This document shows positions 46,063 through 54,760 of a stretch of 64,000 nucleotides of DNA, piece by piece; within the stretch, counting starts at the first letter, position 1; each line of letters starts with the position of its first letter. Below the pieces are notes generated by a model. That model had not been told where the DNA came from, did not search any database, and worked only from the letters and a program-made list of their open reading frames with translations. A program made the position numbers and the translations under genes. Origin of the DNA: Dehalococcoidia bacterium (GTDB lineage: Bacteria > Chloroflexota > Dehalococcoidia > Lucifugimonadales > VXLM01); the NCBI GenBank assembly GCA_034423035.1, contig DAOUJF010000025.1, forward strand, positions 349-64,348. The letters are read 5' to 3'.

Positions 46063-48744
46063 CTAGGCGAGGTTTCTTGGCGCGAAACTCATGGTCCCCT
46101 TGAATTCCGACTCCCCCGTTTTGGACACTCGGCCCTTGCCGAGCTTGAAGCGATAGCGGTTGTTGATGGGGTCAGTCTCGCCGGATGTCACGCTGTTGGC
46201 GGCCATGTCAAGCTGCCCCTGGTTGTGGAGGAAGTAGCTGCACGTGACGCCCTTTGGGACCATGTCGGTCACGTAGGCGACGGCCCTGAAGCTGGCCGCG
46301 TACCGTCCACCGTTCTGCGTCGCCACCCTGTCGTTCTCGACGCGCACCCAGTCGCCGCTCTCTATGCCACGGGACTCGGCGTCCTTCGCATTGATCTCCA
46401 GGAAGTTGGACGGGAATCGCTCCCATCGATAGGGGATGCGGAGGTCGTCGAACTGCGACTGCCAGTGCTCGTTGACCCGCATGTTGGTGACCCACAGCTC
46501 GTCCCCCTGCGGGCCTTCCTTCTCTTGAAACTCCTTGACATCGTTCCAGTCGCCCCTGGGGAATATGGCCTTGCCGCTGGCAGTGCCGAAGCTGTCCTGG
46601 TGGAGGTGCTTTGTGCCAACGAGCTTGCCGTCTTCCAGCTTGATCGGGCACTGAATTCCTGTAGTGCCGAGTTCACGGAGAAATTCGTGTGCCCTCTTCC
46701 CCTGCGACTGGGCCATCTTGACGAGTTCCGCGTAGTCGTGGACCGTTCCCTTAGAGCGCTCGGCCGCCTCCTCGAACACGTCATTCGAGTTCTGCCAGTC
46801 GTATCCTGAGAATCCCATGCGCTTGGCGATCTGGGCGACGATCCACCAGTCAGGCTTTGCTTCGCCGGGCGGCGTCATGATCTGGGAGTAGATTCGAAGC
46901 CGGCGTTCGCCCTGCATCCGGGCGAAGTCGTCCTCTCCCCACGTTGCCGCCGGGAGCATGAAGTCTGCGAACTGAGACACGATGTTGGGGTATATCTCTT
47001 GAAGAACGAGGACCATGCCGTTGGCATCGACTTTGGCCTTGAGCAGGTCCTTGACTCTCTCGACGTTGAGCCTTCCGGCTGAGTCGAAAGCGTCGCTGCG
47101 AGTTATCGATGGGCCGGTCTCTCTGCTCAGCCTCTTGACGTGCGCGGCGAGGTCCTGTGACGCGCCCATCGCCGTCATCCACGTCGTGCCAATGACGTAC
47201 ATGAACCGCACGTTGCCTTCCACCACCCAGCGATCGACATTCAACTCGATGGTGTTGCCCTTGTACGAGTCCGGCGACTTGTCCTTTGCATACCCTGCCG
47301 CTGAGATCATCCCTCGCTGGTGACCACCCGCGCGGGACTGCATCTGCCCTGGCCTTCCGCCCGCACCCACGACGAGGCCGAGCGCTGCGAGCGAGGCGGT
47401 GTTGGGGTAGTTGTGGGCCCAGTAGTTGCCCTTTTCGAGCATGATCGAGGTCTTTGGACGGGAACCGCCGGACCTTGGCCTCGCCATGATCTCGGCCGCT
47501 TTGCGTATCTTCGCCGCCGGGACGCCGGTTATCCGCTCGGCATTGGCAACGGTATAGGTGTCATCACTGAGCAGGAAGTCCTTGTACCCTTCAAACGTCA
47601 GACCGAACTCTTGCCGTCGCCAACCGCTCTCTCCGGCGAGGTCCGATTCGGATACGGTCCGCTCGGCGATGAATTCGGTATCCTCCCAGTTCTTCCGGAT
47701 GATCTCTCTTGCGATGGCGTTGTTGAGGACGGTGTCGGTGCCCGGTGTGACTTGCAGGTGCAGGCCGCCGCGTTTTTCGGCGTAGGCGGCCGTGAAGTCG
47801 CGACGGGGATTCACCACGATGAGAGTGGCCTGACCGCGCGCTACCCATTCGTTGAACAGGATCGACTTCGTTTCGTACAGCGTTGCGCCGGAGATGAAAA
47901 TCACGTCGGCATCGAACCAGTCCTGGTAGGCGGCGCTGTAGGCATTGATGCCGGCGTCGCTCAGGCCCGGCGTGTCCGCTCCGGCGGCAGGCTTGTCGTG
48001 GGGAGCCCACACGGGCGTTCCGACGGACTTCCGCGCGAGTTTGGTCAGCGCGTAGGTGTTCTCATAGTACTGATACGAGAACTGCTTCATACCCCAAGCC
48101 ATCTCGCCGTACTTGTCCAGTACGTACTTGGAAAGATCACCGACCAACTCGATTGCGTCGTCCCAGGGGATATCGACGAAAGCCTCGCCGATTCGGAGCT
48201 TGGGGTGCTGTAGCCGGTCCTTGGTCGGTTTGTCGGGGCTATAGAGCTTTTGCGCGAGTGTGCCCCCTCGCACGCTGTGGTCTCCGCCCCTGTTTACGAC
48301 CTCCGTGTCGCCGTCGGGGATCACGAGCACATGGTGAGGCGTCCCATCGATCTCAACGATGTTCTGCATGTTGGAAGAGATCCACTTGCCGCTGAGTCCT
48401 GCAACGGGATAATCGACGCCCAGCGCATTTTCGTTGGCGGCTGTTCCTCCCTCCCTTCCAACGAGCCATGTGTATACCTTGTAACCGCATCCGACCACGC
48501 AATAGTCGCAGGCTGTCGGAACGACACTCGCGTCCGTTGGAGGCAGGACTATTCCTGCAACCGGTACATCGCTGAGCTGGACGGAATCGTCCTTTTCGCT
48601 CCCGCACGCCGCCAATACGGCCGCGGCCCCGCCTGCCGCCATGAGCGCAAGAAATGTTCGCCGGGAGATGCCGGCCTCTCTTGCCTTCTCCCACAGCCCC
48701 TCACTGTCCTCTGACATTTCGACAACCTGAGATTCTTGTTTCAT
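46063..48744 (-). CDS. Molybdopterin oxidoreductase, arsenite-oxidase (AioA)-like large subunit, with Tat signal and lipobox
   Basis: CDYCVVGCGYKVYTW (Cx2Cx3C 3Fe-4S motif of the Aio clade), collinearity with AioA as I recall it, N-terminal SRRTFLALMAAGGAAAVLAAC. Confidence 0.8.
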   Translation of the reverse strand: MKQESQVVEMSEDSEGLWEKAREAGISRRTFLALMAAGGAAAVLAACGSEKDDSVQLSDVPVAGIVLPPTDASVVPTACDYCVVGCGYKVYTWLVGREGGTAANENALGVDYPVAGLSGKWISSNMQNIVEIDGTPHHVLVIPDGDTEVVNRGGDHSVRGGTLAQKLYSPDKPTKDRLQHPKLRIGEAFVDIPWDDAIELVGDLSKYVLDKYGEMAWGMKQFSYQYYENTYALTKLARKSVGTPVWAPHDKPAAGADTPGLSDAGINAYSAAYQDWFDADVIFISGATLYETKSILFNEWVARGQATLIVVNPRRDFTAAYAEKRGGLHLQVTPGTDTVLNNAIAREIIRKNWEDTEFIAERTVSESDLAGESGWRRQEFGLTFEGYKDFLLSDDTYTVANAERITGVPAAKIRKAAEIMARPRSGGSRPKTSIMLEKGNYWAHNYPNTASLAALGLVVGAGGRPGQMQSRAGGHQRGMISAAGYAKDKSPDSYKGNTIELNVDRWVVEGNVRFMYVIGTTWMTAMGASQDLAAHVKRLSRETGPSITRSDAFDSAGRLNVERVKDLLKAKVDANGMVLVLQEIYPNIVSQFADFMLPAATWGEDDFARMQGERRLRIYSQIMTPPGEAKPDWWIVAQIAKRMGFSGYDWQNSNDVFEEAAERSKGTVHDYAELVKMAQSQGKRAHEFLRELGTTGIQCPIKLEDGKLVGTKHLHQDSFGTASGKAIFPRGDWNDVKEFQEKEGPQGDELWVTNMRVNEHWQSQFDDLRIPYRWERFPSNFLEINAKDAESRGIESGDWVRVENDRVATQNGGRYAASFRAVAYVTDMVPKGVTCSYFLHNQGQLDMAANSVTSGETDPINNRYRFKLGKGRVSKTGESEFKGTMSFAPRNLA

Positions 48745-49319
48745 GAACTCTCCCCCAGCGGCTTGACGGGGACACCGCCCTCAAGATTGTTGGAGTGTCC
48801 GTATACAAGCCCAGCTACGCCGATTGCGAACACGTGACTCCCATCGGTCTCCAAGACTACTTGCGGCAGGCTCTGCGTCGCCTGTCCGAGCACCAGTATG
48901 CCGTTCTTGGTGAGATCGAAGGTGCTGTAGTGGCACGTGCACGGGCCGATTACATTGTGTGCTGATTGGTACTGCTCTATCAGTGGGCAGCCCATGTGGG
49001 AGCATATATAGCTGAATGCGACGATGTCGCCGTCGGGTCCGATTCCGTCTGAGGCCTCCTCGCCGAGCTTGACCAGGAAGCTCCTGTGCTGAGCAAGGGG
49101 ATACACGAAGTCGAGCGGCTGCTTGGTCTGGAGAGCGTCCAGTCGAGCGATCCTGACCTTGGGATACGATCTGGTCACGCGCTGTACACCCGGCCTTACG
49201 GCCTCAACGACCTGCGCAGCCTTCGGAAATGCCAGGATTCCCGCCGCAACGCCACCGGCAATGCCGGCTTGCTTCAGAAACGAGCGTCGCGTGATGTCGT
49301 CGACAGAGTTCTCTGCCAT
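48741..49319 (-). CDS. Rieske [2Fe-2S] small subunit (AioB-like) with Tat signal
   Basis: TRRSFLKQAG Tat motif. Rieske ligands CSHMGC and CTCHYSTFD. The stop overlaps the large-subunit start (ATGA). Confidence 0.82.
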   Translation of the reverse strand: MAENSVDDITRRSFLKQAGIAGGVAAGILAFPKAAQVVEAVRPGVQRVTRSYPKVRIARLDALQTKQPLDFVYPLAQHRSFLVKLGEEASDGIGPDGDIVAFSYICSHMGCPLIEQYQSAHNVIGPCTCHYSTFDLTKNGILVLGQATQSLPQVVLETDGSHVFAIGVAGLVYGHSNNLEGGVPVKPLGESS

Positions 49320-49466
49320 AAAATCCTCCTAAACGGTACAACGACCTCAGAGATCGCCGTTGCCAACCTTGTCAGCTACCTCGAAACCTATTGTTTGGCA
49401 GTAAGCTAATTGTTTCTGAGGCGTTTAGGAGGCCGCACTACGGAAAGTGAGGCGGCGTAGAATAGC

Positions 49467-49745
49467 CTACCCCGGCACCACGCCGGTTCCTATGAACAAC
49501 TCCTTCGCCTCTTCCAACGTGATGTCGGGCTCGGGGATGATGGCGTCGGACTCCTCCAGCTCGTCGAGTTCCAGGGGAGTTCCGTTTTCCTTGACCATCG
49601 CGATCATCTTGTTAAGGAGAGCACGAAACTCTTCTTCGTTATCATCGGCCAGGACGTCGACGATCGAGTTGTCGATTTCATTGAGGTCGTCGAGCATCGC
49701 GGCCGGAAAGCGCCACTGTCCCTCCGTGAGTATTCGGATAATCAT
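49467..49745 (-). CDS. PspA-associated small acidic protein (PspAA-like)
   Basis: MIIRILTEGQWRFP...LNEIDNSIV.....EEEFRALL..M...V...G.PL..DEL..SD.I.P is the pattern I recall for the PspAA domain. ATGA overlap with pspA. Confidence 0.65.
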   Translation of the reverse strand: MIIRILTEGQWRFPAAMLDDLNEIDNSIVDVLADDNEEEFRALLNKMIAMVKENGTPLELDELEESDAIIPEPDITLEEAKELFIGTGVVPG

Positions 49746-50479
49746 GACTGTCCCCCGGAAAGCTGTTTCGGTTTGTCGCCTGAGTCCACGGACGCCTTGA
49801 GCGCCGCCAACTCAGACTCGACACCGGCTGATGCAGAGAGCTTGCTGAGCTCGCGGTCGATGTCGTCCTGCCCTCCGCCGAGTGGATCGTCTAACACGCC
49901 TGCCGCCGCAAGCTCGTCGATCGCGCCGGCCCTGGCCTTCATCGACTCGGTCTTGTGCTCCGCCCGCTCTACGGCGAGTGAAACGTCGCCCATTTCCTCG
50001 GAGAGTCCGGAGAGGGCTGACCCAATTCGTACCTGGGCCTGCGCCGCGCTGTACTGTGCCTTGATGACCTCTTTCCTGTTGCGGAAGGCCTGCACTTTGG
50101 CCTGGATGCGCTGCTCTGCGGCAGTCAGCTTCTCCTGCTCGTGCTCCATGTCGACGATCTGCTGGCCCAGTCCATCGAGCTCCGCCAGCGCAGTCTGCTT
50201 GCGTTCGAGAGCCACGCGCGCCAGGTCCTCTCTCCCCATGCCAAGCGCCTTGCGGGCCTGGTCGTCGAGCTTGCCTACATTCTCCCGCACCTTCTTGGCC
50301 TGAAGCTCGAGACGGCGCTTTGCCGTGACCATCTCCACGACGCCCCGCTTGACGTCACGCAGCATTTCGAGTTGCTTTTCATATGCGTAGTCGAGCGTCT
50401 CCTTCGGGTCCTCGGCGTTGTCGATGATGCGGTTCATCTTCGCCTTAACGACGGTCGACATCCTCGATAGCATCCCCAT
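49742..50479 (-). CDS. pspA: PspA/IM30-family membrane-stress protein
   Basis: MGMLSRMSTVVKAKMNRIIDNAEDPKETLDYAYEKQLEMLRDVK is the canonical PspA N-terminus. Coiled-coil composition. GGAGGAAG RBS. Confidence 0.9.
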   Translation of the reverse strand: MGMLSRMSTVVKAKMNRIIDNAEDPKETLDYAYEKQLEMLRDVKRGVVEMVTAKRRLELQAKKVRENVGKLDDQARKALGMGREDLARVALERKQTALAELDGLGQQIVDMEHEQEKLTAAEQRIQAKVQAFRNRKEVIKAQYSAAQAQVRIGSALSGLSEEMGDVSLAVERAEHKTESMKARAGAIDELAAAGVLDDPLGGGQDDIDRELSKLSASAGVESELAALKASVDSGDKPKQLSGGQS

Positions 50480-50682
50480 GGTACTTCCTCCCTCTCTCTC
50501 AATTCTGAAGCCGGGGCTTCGGGTCTGGTATCCATTATACCTTGAATGAAAAGACCCTACATGCGCAGCAGGCCACGGCACAGACGGATTCCTCGTACAG
50601 GATCGTTCGCATCGCAGCCCGTCGGGCGTGAATCCCCCGGGCTCCATCATGTCATAGAGGGTGTTTCCGAAGTCAGTGAACC

Positions 50683-50729
50683 CCGTTCATGGTGGGTTTG
50701 TCGAACCATGAACCGCCCTTCGACAGGCT
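50683..50729. repeat. Family A repeat, copy A4 (left arm + core)
   Basis: CCGTTCATGGTGGGTTTGTCGAACCATGAACCGCCCTTCGACAGGCT. Confidence 0.75.
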
Positions 50730-50768
50730 TTCAAGTAGCTGCAGGTAGTTACTGACACCCCTGCACGG

Positions 50769-50822
50769 CCCCGTTCGGCCCAGTATCCAGTACGGGGCAG
50801 GCTCTGAGCTTGTCGAAGGGCG
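50769..50822. repeat. Family A repeat, copy A5 (inverted partial copy)
   Basis: CCGTTCGGCC...CTGAGCTTGTCGAAGGGCG, same subtype as 60995..61036. Confidence 0.75.
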
Positions 50823-50912
50823 CGCGGGGCGTAACGCTGCTCAGGACGAGCGGGTGATAATCACCTTTAGATGTCCCCAAAAGCACTTCGGAAACACCCT
50901 CTTAGAGAGCGC

Positions 50913-51095
50913 CTAGTAGTCGCTGCCGGAATTCCCGGAGAACATCTTGATCAGGCCGAGTACGATGAGAACGACGCCGATGATGATGAGGATGAGTCCG
51001 GAAAGATCGATGAGCCACTTGATCAGGTCCCACCTCATGATTATGCCGAGGATGACGAGGATTACTCCTATGCCCAGCATTCCAATCCTATCCAT
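50913..51095 (-). CDS. Small membrane protein, two predicted TM helices (60 aa)
   Basis: MDRIGMLGIGVILVILGIIMRW..LSGLILIIIGVVLIVLGLI. GGAGG RBS 7 nt from the ATG. Its own promoter-like site lies upstream. Confidence 0.7.
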   Translation of the reverse strand: MDRIGMLGIGVILVILGIIMRWDLIKWLIDLSGLILIIIGVVLIVLGLIKMFSGNSGSDY

Positions 51096-51143
51096 TGGAT
51101 GACCTCCTATTCATGTCTGTACCTGGCTGTGGGGCAATTTCTT

Positions 51144-51172
51144 ACGATAGTATCTTCCGGCGAGAGTGTCAA
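51144..51172 (-). promoter_or_regulatory. Promoter-like TTGACA-17 nt-TATCGT upstream of the small membrane protein
   Basis: Minus-strand -35 at 51172-51167 and -10 at 51149-51144. The -10 lies inside one of two TATCGTAAG 9-mers (plus-strand CTTACGATA at 51141-49 and 51194-202). Confidence 0.35.
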
Positions 51173-51269
51173 GCACATAAACAGGCATTCACACTTACGA
51201 TATTACAATCACCCGGCAGTCGCATCACACGAACCTTTGATTCTCGCGAGGATGCGAAACGCGGGACGG

Positions 51270-52169
51270 CTATCCCTTGTCTTCCGATTCCTCGTCGCCC
51301 ACAACCTCGCGGAGGAATTCCTCCATGTTCTCGGGAAGGGCGACTGCATCCGGCTTGTCGTCGGCCTCCGGCGGGATCTCCTCGTCGTAGGACTGTTCCA
51401 TCCGCGTGATCTGAGTGCGGACCTCGTTGTTGCCCGCCAAGGCGCGCTCGATCTGCTCGTACTGCCGTTCGCCGCGCGTCTTGTTGGCGAGGAAGGTCGG
51501 CAGTCCGTACATCGCGCACAGGGCCTCAAGAAGTCGAGCCGTGGCCATGTAGTCCTCATCGAGTTGGACGTAGTGCGGCAGGTGCACCATCAGGCTGGAC
51601 GATTCGATGCCGGCGTCTTCGAGACCCTCTCCGATGAGGTTCACGATGCTCGTCGGCCCCTGGTAGGTGTTGGTCCTCGGAGACGTCAACCCGGTGAGGC
51701 GATCGAGGTGCTTGTCGGGGAGGCTGCCCGTGATCTTGAGCGGGCGTGTATGCGGCACCTGGTCGTACATGCCTCCGATCCGGCAGTACTCGACGACGTT
51801 GAAACGCTTGACCAGTTCGACCACGGCGTCGCAGTAGTCCTCTCCGTACATGTGCGGCTCACGGAGATGGAGGAAGAGGAAGTCACGCCCCGTTGCGGGA
51901 TCGCGGGCATAGGTGACGACACTGTTGGGGATGTCCAGCGACCGGATGCCGTCGACCCATTTCATGACCGGCCGTTCGCGCGTGAAGTCGAGAAACTTGC
52001 CGGGGCGGGCCAATCGGCCCAGTTCCGTGGCCGTCATCTGGCGTTCGAGAATCTTGAGCGTCAGCGTGCCGGCGCTGCCCACGTCGACCCACGGCTTGAG
52101 CATCGCCACAGCTATGGCGTCCTCCAGTTCAGGTACCGGTTCTACTACTTCGAACTCACCGATTCTCAT
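51270..52169 (-). CDS. PAC2-family (proteasome-assembly-chaperone-2-like) protein
   Basis: N-terminal ..AMLKPWVDVGSAG.. and ..FLFLHLREPH..YC..V pattern typical of bacterial PAC2-family proteins. Confidence 0.7.
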   Translation of the reverse strand: MRIGEFEVVEPVPELEDAIAVAMLKPWVDVGSAGTLTLKILERQMTATELGRLARPGKFLDFTRERPVMKWVDGIRSLDIPNSVVTYARDPATGRDFLFLHLREPHMYGEDYCDAVVELVKRFNVVEYCRIGGMYDQVPHTRPLKITGSLPDKHLDRLTGLTSPRTNTYQGPTSIVNLIGEGLEDAGIESSSLMVHLPHYVQLDEDYMATARLLEALCAMYGLPTFLANKTRGERQYEQIERALAGNNEVRTQITRMEQSYDEEIPPEADDKPDAVALPENMEEFLREVVGDEESEDKG

Positions 52170-52257
52170 GCCGATATGGTGTCACAGTGCGCCGGAATCT
52201 TCAAACCGGACGTTGCCCGCGCTTGACCGGCCGGGGGATGACGCCGGACCCGGGCGG

Positions 52258-53013
52258 CTATTCGATTAGAGCCGTACGCAGGGCCGCGATATCGTCATCG
52301 GTCACCCCTGTCGAACGCACGTAGGCTTCGACTCCTCCATACCGCTCGTCAAGGTAGCCCAGCGTATCGAGCATGACTTCCGGCGGGCAGTTCCGCGCCC
52401 GGTATGCCTCAGGCGTGTAGTCGGCCGGGTCGGCGCCCGGCTCCTCGGGGTCAGGGCCGAGATACGCATCGATGCGGAACTCGGCCGTCAGGGTATAGTC
52501 GGCGGCGATTGTCTCGTCCGGCACACCGGCGAGACTCAGGAGCAGGGCGGAGATGAGGCCCGTTCGGTCCTGCCCGCCCATGCAGTGGTACATCGCCGGC
52601 AGCATCCTCGGCCTTGCGAGCACTCGGAGCGCCTCGCCGAACTTCTCGCCCCGCCGGTCGAGCATGTTGCGGTAGCTCCAGTGAATCCTGGCGCGAGGCT
52701 CTTCCCTGTTGACTTGATCGAACACCATGTCCCCAACGATGTCGACGTTTCGGTACCTGACGTGGGGCGACCGGCTCAGCACATTGTCGGCCTGTCCGTC
52801 AATCTCGTCTTTACGCCTTAGGTCGATTACCGTTCGCACGCCGTACGTGGAGGTGAGCGTGTCCTGCGAGTGCTGAGGCAGCGTGCTCACGTTGTCGGCG
52901 CGAAGGAACTTGCCCCATCGCGTAGTCCGGCCATCTGCCGTTTCGTATCCGCCGATGTCGCGGACGTTGTAGGCGCCTTCGATCTCGATGCGTCTTCTTG
53001 GGTCATGGTTCAT
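52258..53013 (-). CDS. Protein-tyrosine phosphatase-like (Y_phosphatase3 type)
   Basis: Active-site loop HCMGGQDRTG (CX5R). N-terminal NVRDIGGY. Confidence 0.85.
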   Translation of the reverse strand: MNHDPRRRIEIEGAYNVRDIGGYETADGRTTRWGKFLRADNVSTLPQHSQDTLTSTYGVRTVIDLRRKDEIDGQADNVLSRSPHVRYRNVDIVGDMVFDQVNREEPRARIHWSYRNMLDRRGEKFGEALRVLARPRMLPAMYHCMGGQDRTGLISALLLSLAGVPDETIAADYTLTAEFRIDAYLGPDPEEPGADPADYTPEAYRARNCPPEVMLDTLGYLDERYGGVEAYVRSTGVTDDDIAALRTALIE

Positions 53014-53149
53014 TCGGTCAATGCTCCCTGGATTCGGATTAGTGTGGCCTCCGCGCTTCCAATCCTATCTTCTGCGGCGGCAGCCTTGTTTAACGCACGG
53101 TTATTGGTCGATTAAGGAGAAGTTAGCAGCATTGTGTGGGTGCCCAATA

Positions 53150-53220
53150 CCAATTGGGTGTGATGAAGCCGTATTATCGCTAGTGTATCCGATGGATTCC
53201 CGCTTTCGCGGGAATGACGG
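53150..53220. repeat. Family B repeat, copy B2
   Basis: ccaattgggtgtgatgaagccgt... GGATTCCCGCtttcGCGGGAATgacgg. Confidence 0.8.
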
Positions 53221-53296
53221 ATTCACGGTGTATTCAAAGTGAATCGGTAGAAGTTCGGAAGAATAGAGAAACTTGCATCTCCTATGCTGCCGTTCC

Positions 53297-54289
53297 TCAA
53301 TTCCAGACCTCTCCGAAGACTCTCATGAAATTCCCGCCCAGCACTTTCGCAATGTCCTCCGGGCCATAGCCTCTTCTGTCCAATTCGTCCGCGATCGAAG
53401 GGAACTTGTCCGGCGTCTCGATGCCGACGGGGTGCGTCACCGTGTCGGGGTAGTTGAGCCTGCGGGGATTCCACTTCGTTCCCTGCTGTGAAAGGAGCAC
53501 GTCGAACCACTCCTTCGTCTGGTCGATGGTGTAGTCGGTGCCTATGCCCACGTGGTCGATGCCGACTCGCTCGACCATGTCGTCGATGGCGTCGCCGTAG
53601 TCCTGCAGGCTCGATTCAAACTTGTTCGGGAGGAATGGCGGCCAGCAGGTACTGCCGATGATGCCGCCCTTCTCGGCGATGAGCTTGAGGGCGTCGTCGG
53701 TCTTGTTGCGCGGGTGGTCGACGAACGAGCGGGCGTTGGCGTGAGTCGCCGCTACGGGCTTGTCGGACACCTCCGCCGCCTCCAGAGTCGTCCGGTCACC
53801 GACGTGCGAGAGATCGACCAGGATTCCAAGCCGGTTCATCTCCTTGACGGCGTCGACGCCGAAATTGCTGAGACCGTCGTCTACCCGCTCGTAGCACCCG
53901 TTGCCGAGGAGGTTGCGTTCGTTGTACGTGATCTGTATGACGCGCACGCCGAGCCTGTGAAACGTCTCCAGGTGATCGAGATTATTCTCAATCGGCGACG
54001 CGTTCTGCCACCCGAAGACGACACCGCTCTTGCCAATGCGTTTCGCCTCGTGGATGTCATCGACCGAGGTGATGGGCGTCATGAGATCCGACAGCCTGTC
54101 GAGTCGCTCATACCATCCGACGATGTTGTCCATCGCCTCGTGGAATTTCTCGAATATGGCTATCGTGGCGTTGAACGCGGTTACACGTCCGGCATAGATC
54201 CCCTCGAACGCACGCTCCGAGTCCCAGTTGCTGGTGTTCAGTCCATCGATCACAATCGAGTCGTCGTAGGTATTGGTCATGGCAGTCAT
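53297..54289 (-). CDS. Membrane (renal-type) dipeptidase, peptidase family M19
   Basis: IVIDGLN.., ..VIQITYN.RN..G.G.., LVDLSHV, HVGIGTDY motifs. Confidence 0.88.
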   Translation of the reverse strand: MTAMTNTYDDSIVIDGLNTSNWDSERAFEGIYAGRVTAFNATIAIFEKFHEAMDNIVGWYERLDRLSDLMTPITSVDDIHEAKRIGKSGVVFGWQNASPIENNLDHLETFHRLGVRVIQITYNERNLLGNGCYERVDDGLSNFGVDAVKEMNRLGILVDLSHVGDRTTLEAAEVSDKPVAATHANARSFVDHPRNKTDDALKLIAEKGGIIGSTCWPPFLPNKFESSLQDYGDAIDDMVERVGIDHVGIGTDYTIDQTKEWFDVLLSQQGTKWNPRRLNYPDTVTHPVGIETPDKFPSIADELDRRGYGPEDIAKVLGGNFMRVFGEVWN

Positions 54290-54356
54290 CTCTCCGCATT
54301 AGAGGGTATCAGCCCAAGAGTGAGGGATGCCATACGGAGCAAAGTTCAGAGTTATG

Positions 54357-54426
54357 CCAATTGGATGTGATGAGGCCGTATTCCAAAATCCCCCACCACC
54401 GTCATTCCCGCGTAGGCGGGAATCCA
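54357..54426. repeat. Family B repeat, copy B3 (hairpin module inverted)
   Basis: ccaattggatgtgatgaggccgt... ccgtcATTCCCGCgtagGCGGGAATcca. Confidence 0.8.
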
Positions 54427-54512
54427 TCCCCGGCGAGGTGCATCGTCATAACATTGAAGACAGTCCGTCATGCTGCCCGTCCGAATTAGGTGGGGAATCA
54501 AGGTATTCTTGA

Positions 54513-54554
54513 CTGATCGGGCTTTCTGGATTCCGGCCTCCGCCGGAATGACGG
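54513..54554. repeat. Family B repeat, copy B4
   Basis: ctgatcgggctttctGGATTCCGGCctccGCCGGAATgacgg shares the ctga..gggctttctgg leader with B1. Confidence 0.8.
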
Positions 54555-54598
54555 AGGTGGAGGTACCTGTTCAGACTCCGTGAGATATGCAGGAATTG

Positions 54599-54660
54599 CC
54601 TGTCATCCTGAGGGGCGTAGCGACGAAAAATCTCCAGTCTCTCCCCCACTGGGGGAGAGA
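54599..54660. repeat. Family C element (cctgtcatcctgaggggcgtagcgacgaaaaatctcc) plus 10-bp perfect hairpin TCTCTCCCCC-act-GGGGGAGAGA
   Basis: Read directly. Only one copy occurs in the window. I recall both modules as common dispersed repeats in metagenomic genomes. Confidence 0.5.
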
Positions 54661-54760
54661 CACAGAGAGGGGGCCTTCGCCATCCTCCTCACCGAGACTG
54701 AACACTGCCATACCACCGTTCCGATTGACACCCATCCACCATCGAAGATACGATGCTGGC

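Noticed and set aside
50871-52226. 451-aa ORF on the plus strand
   Set aside because: It runs antisense across the small membrane protein gene and the PAC2 gene, both of which have RBS and family-like sequence. Its composition is shadow-like.
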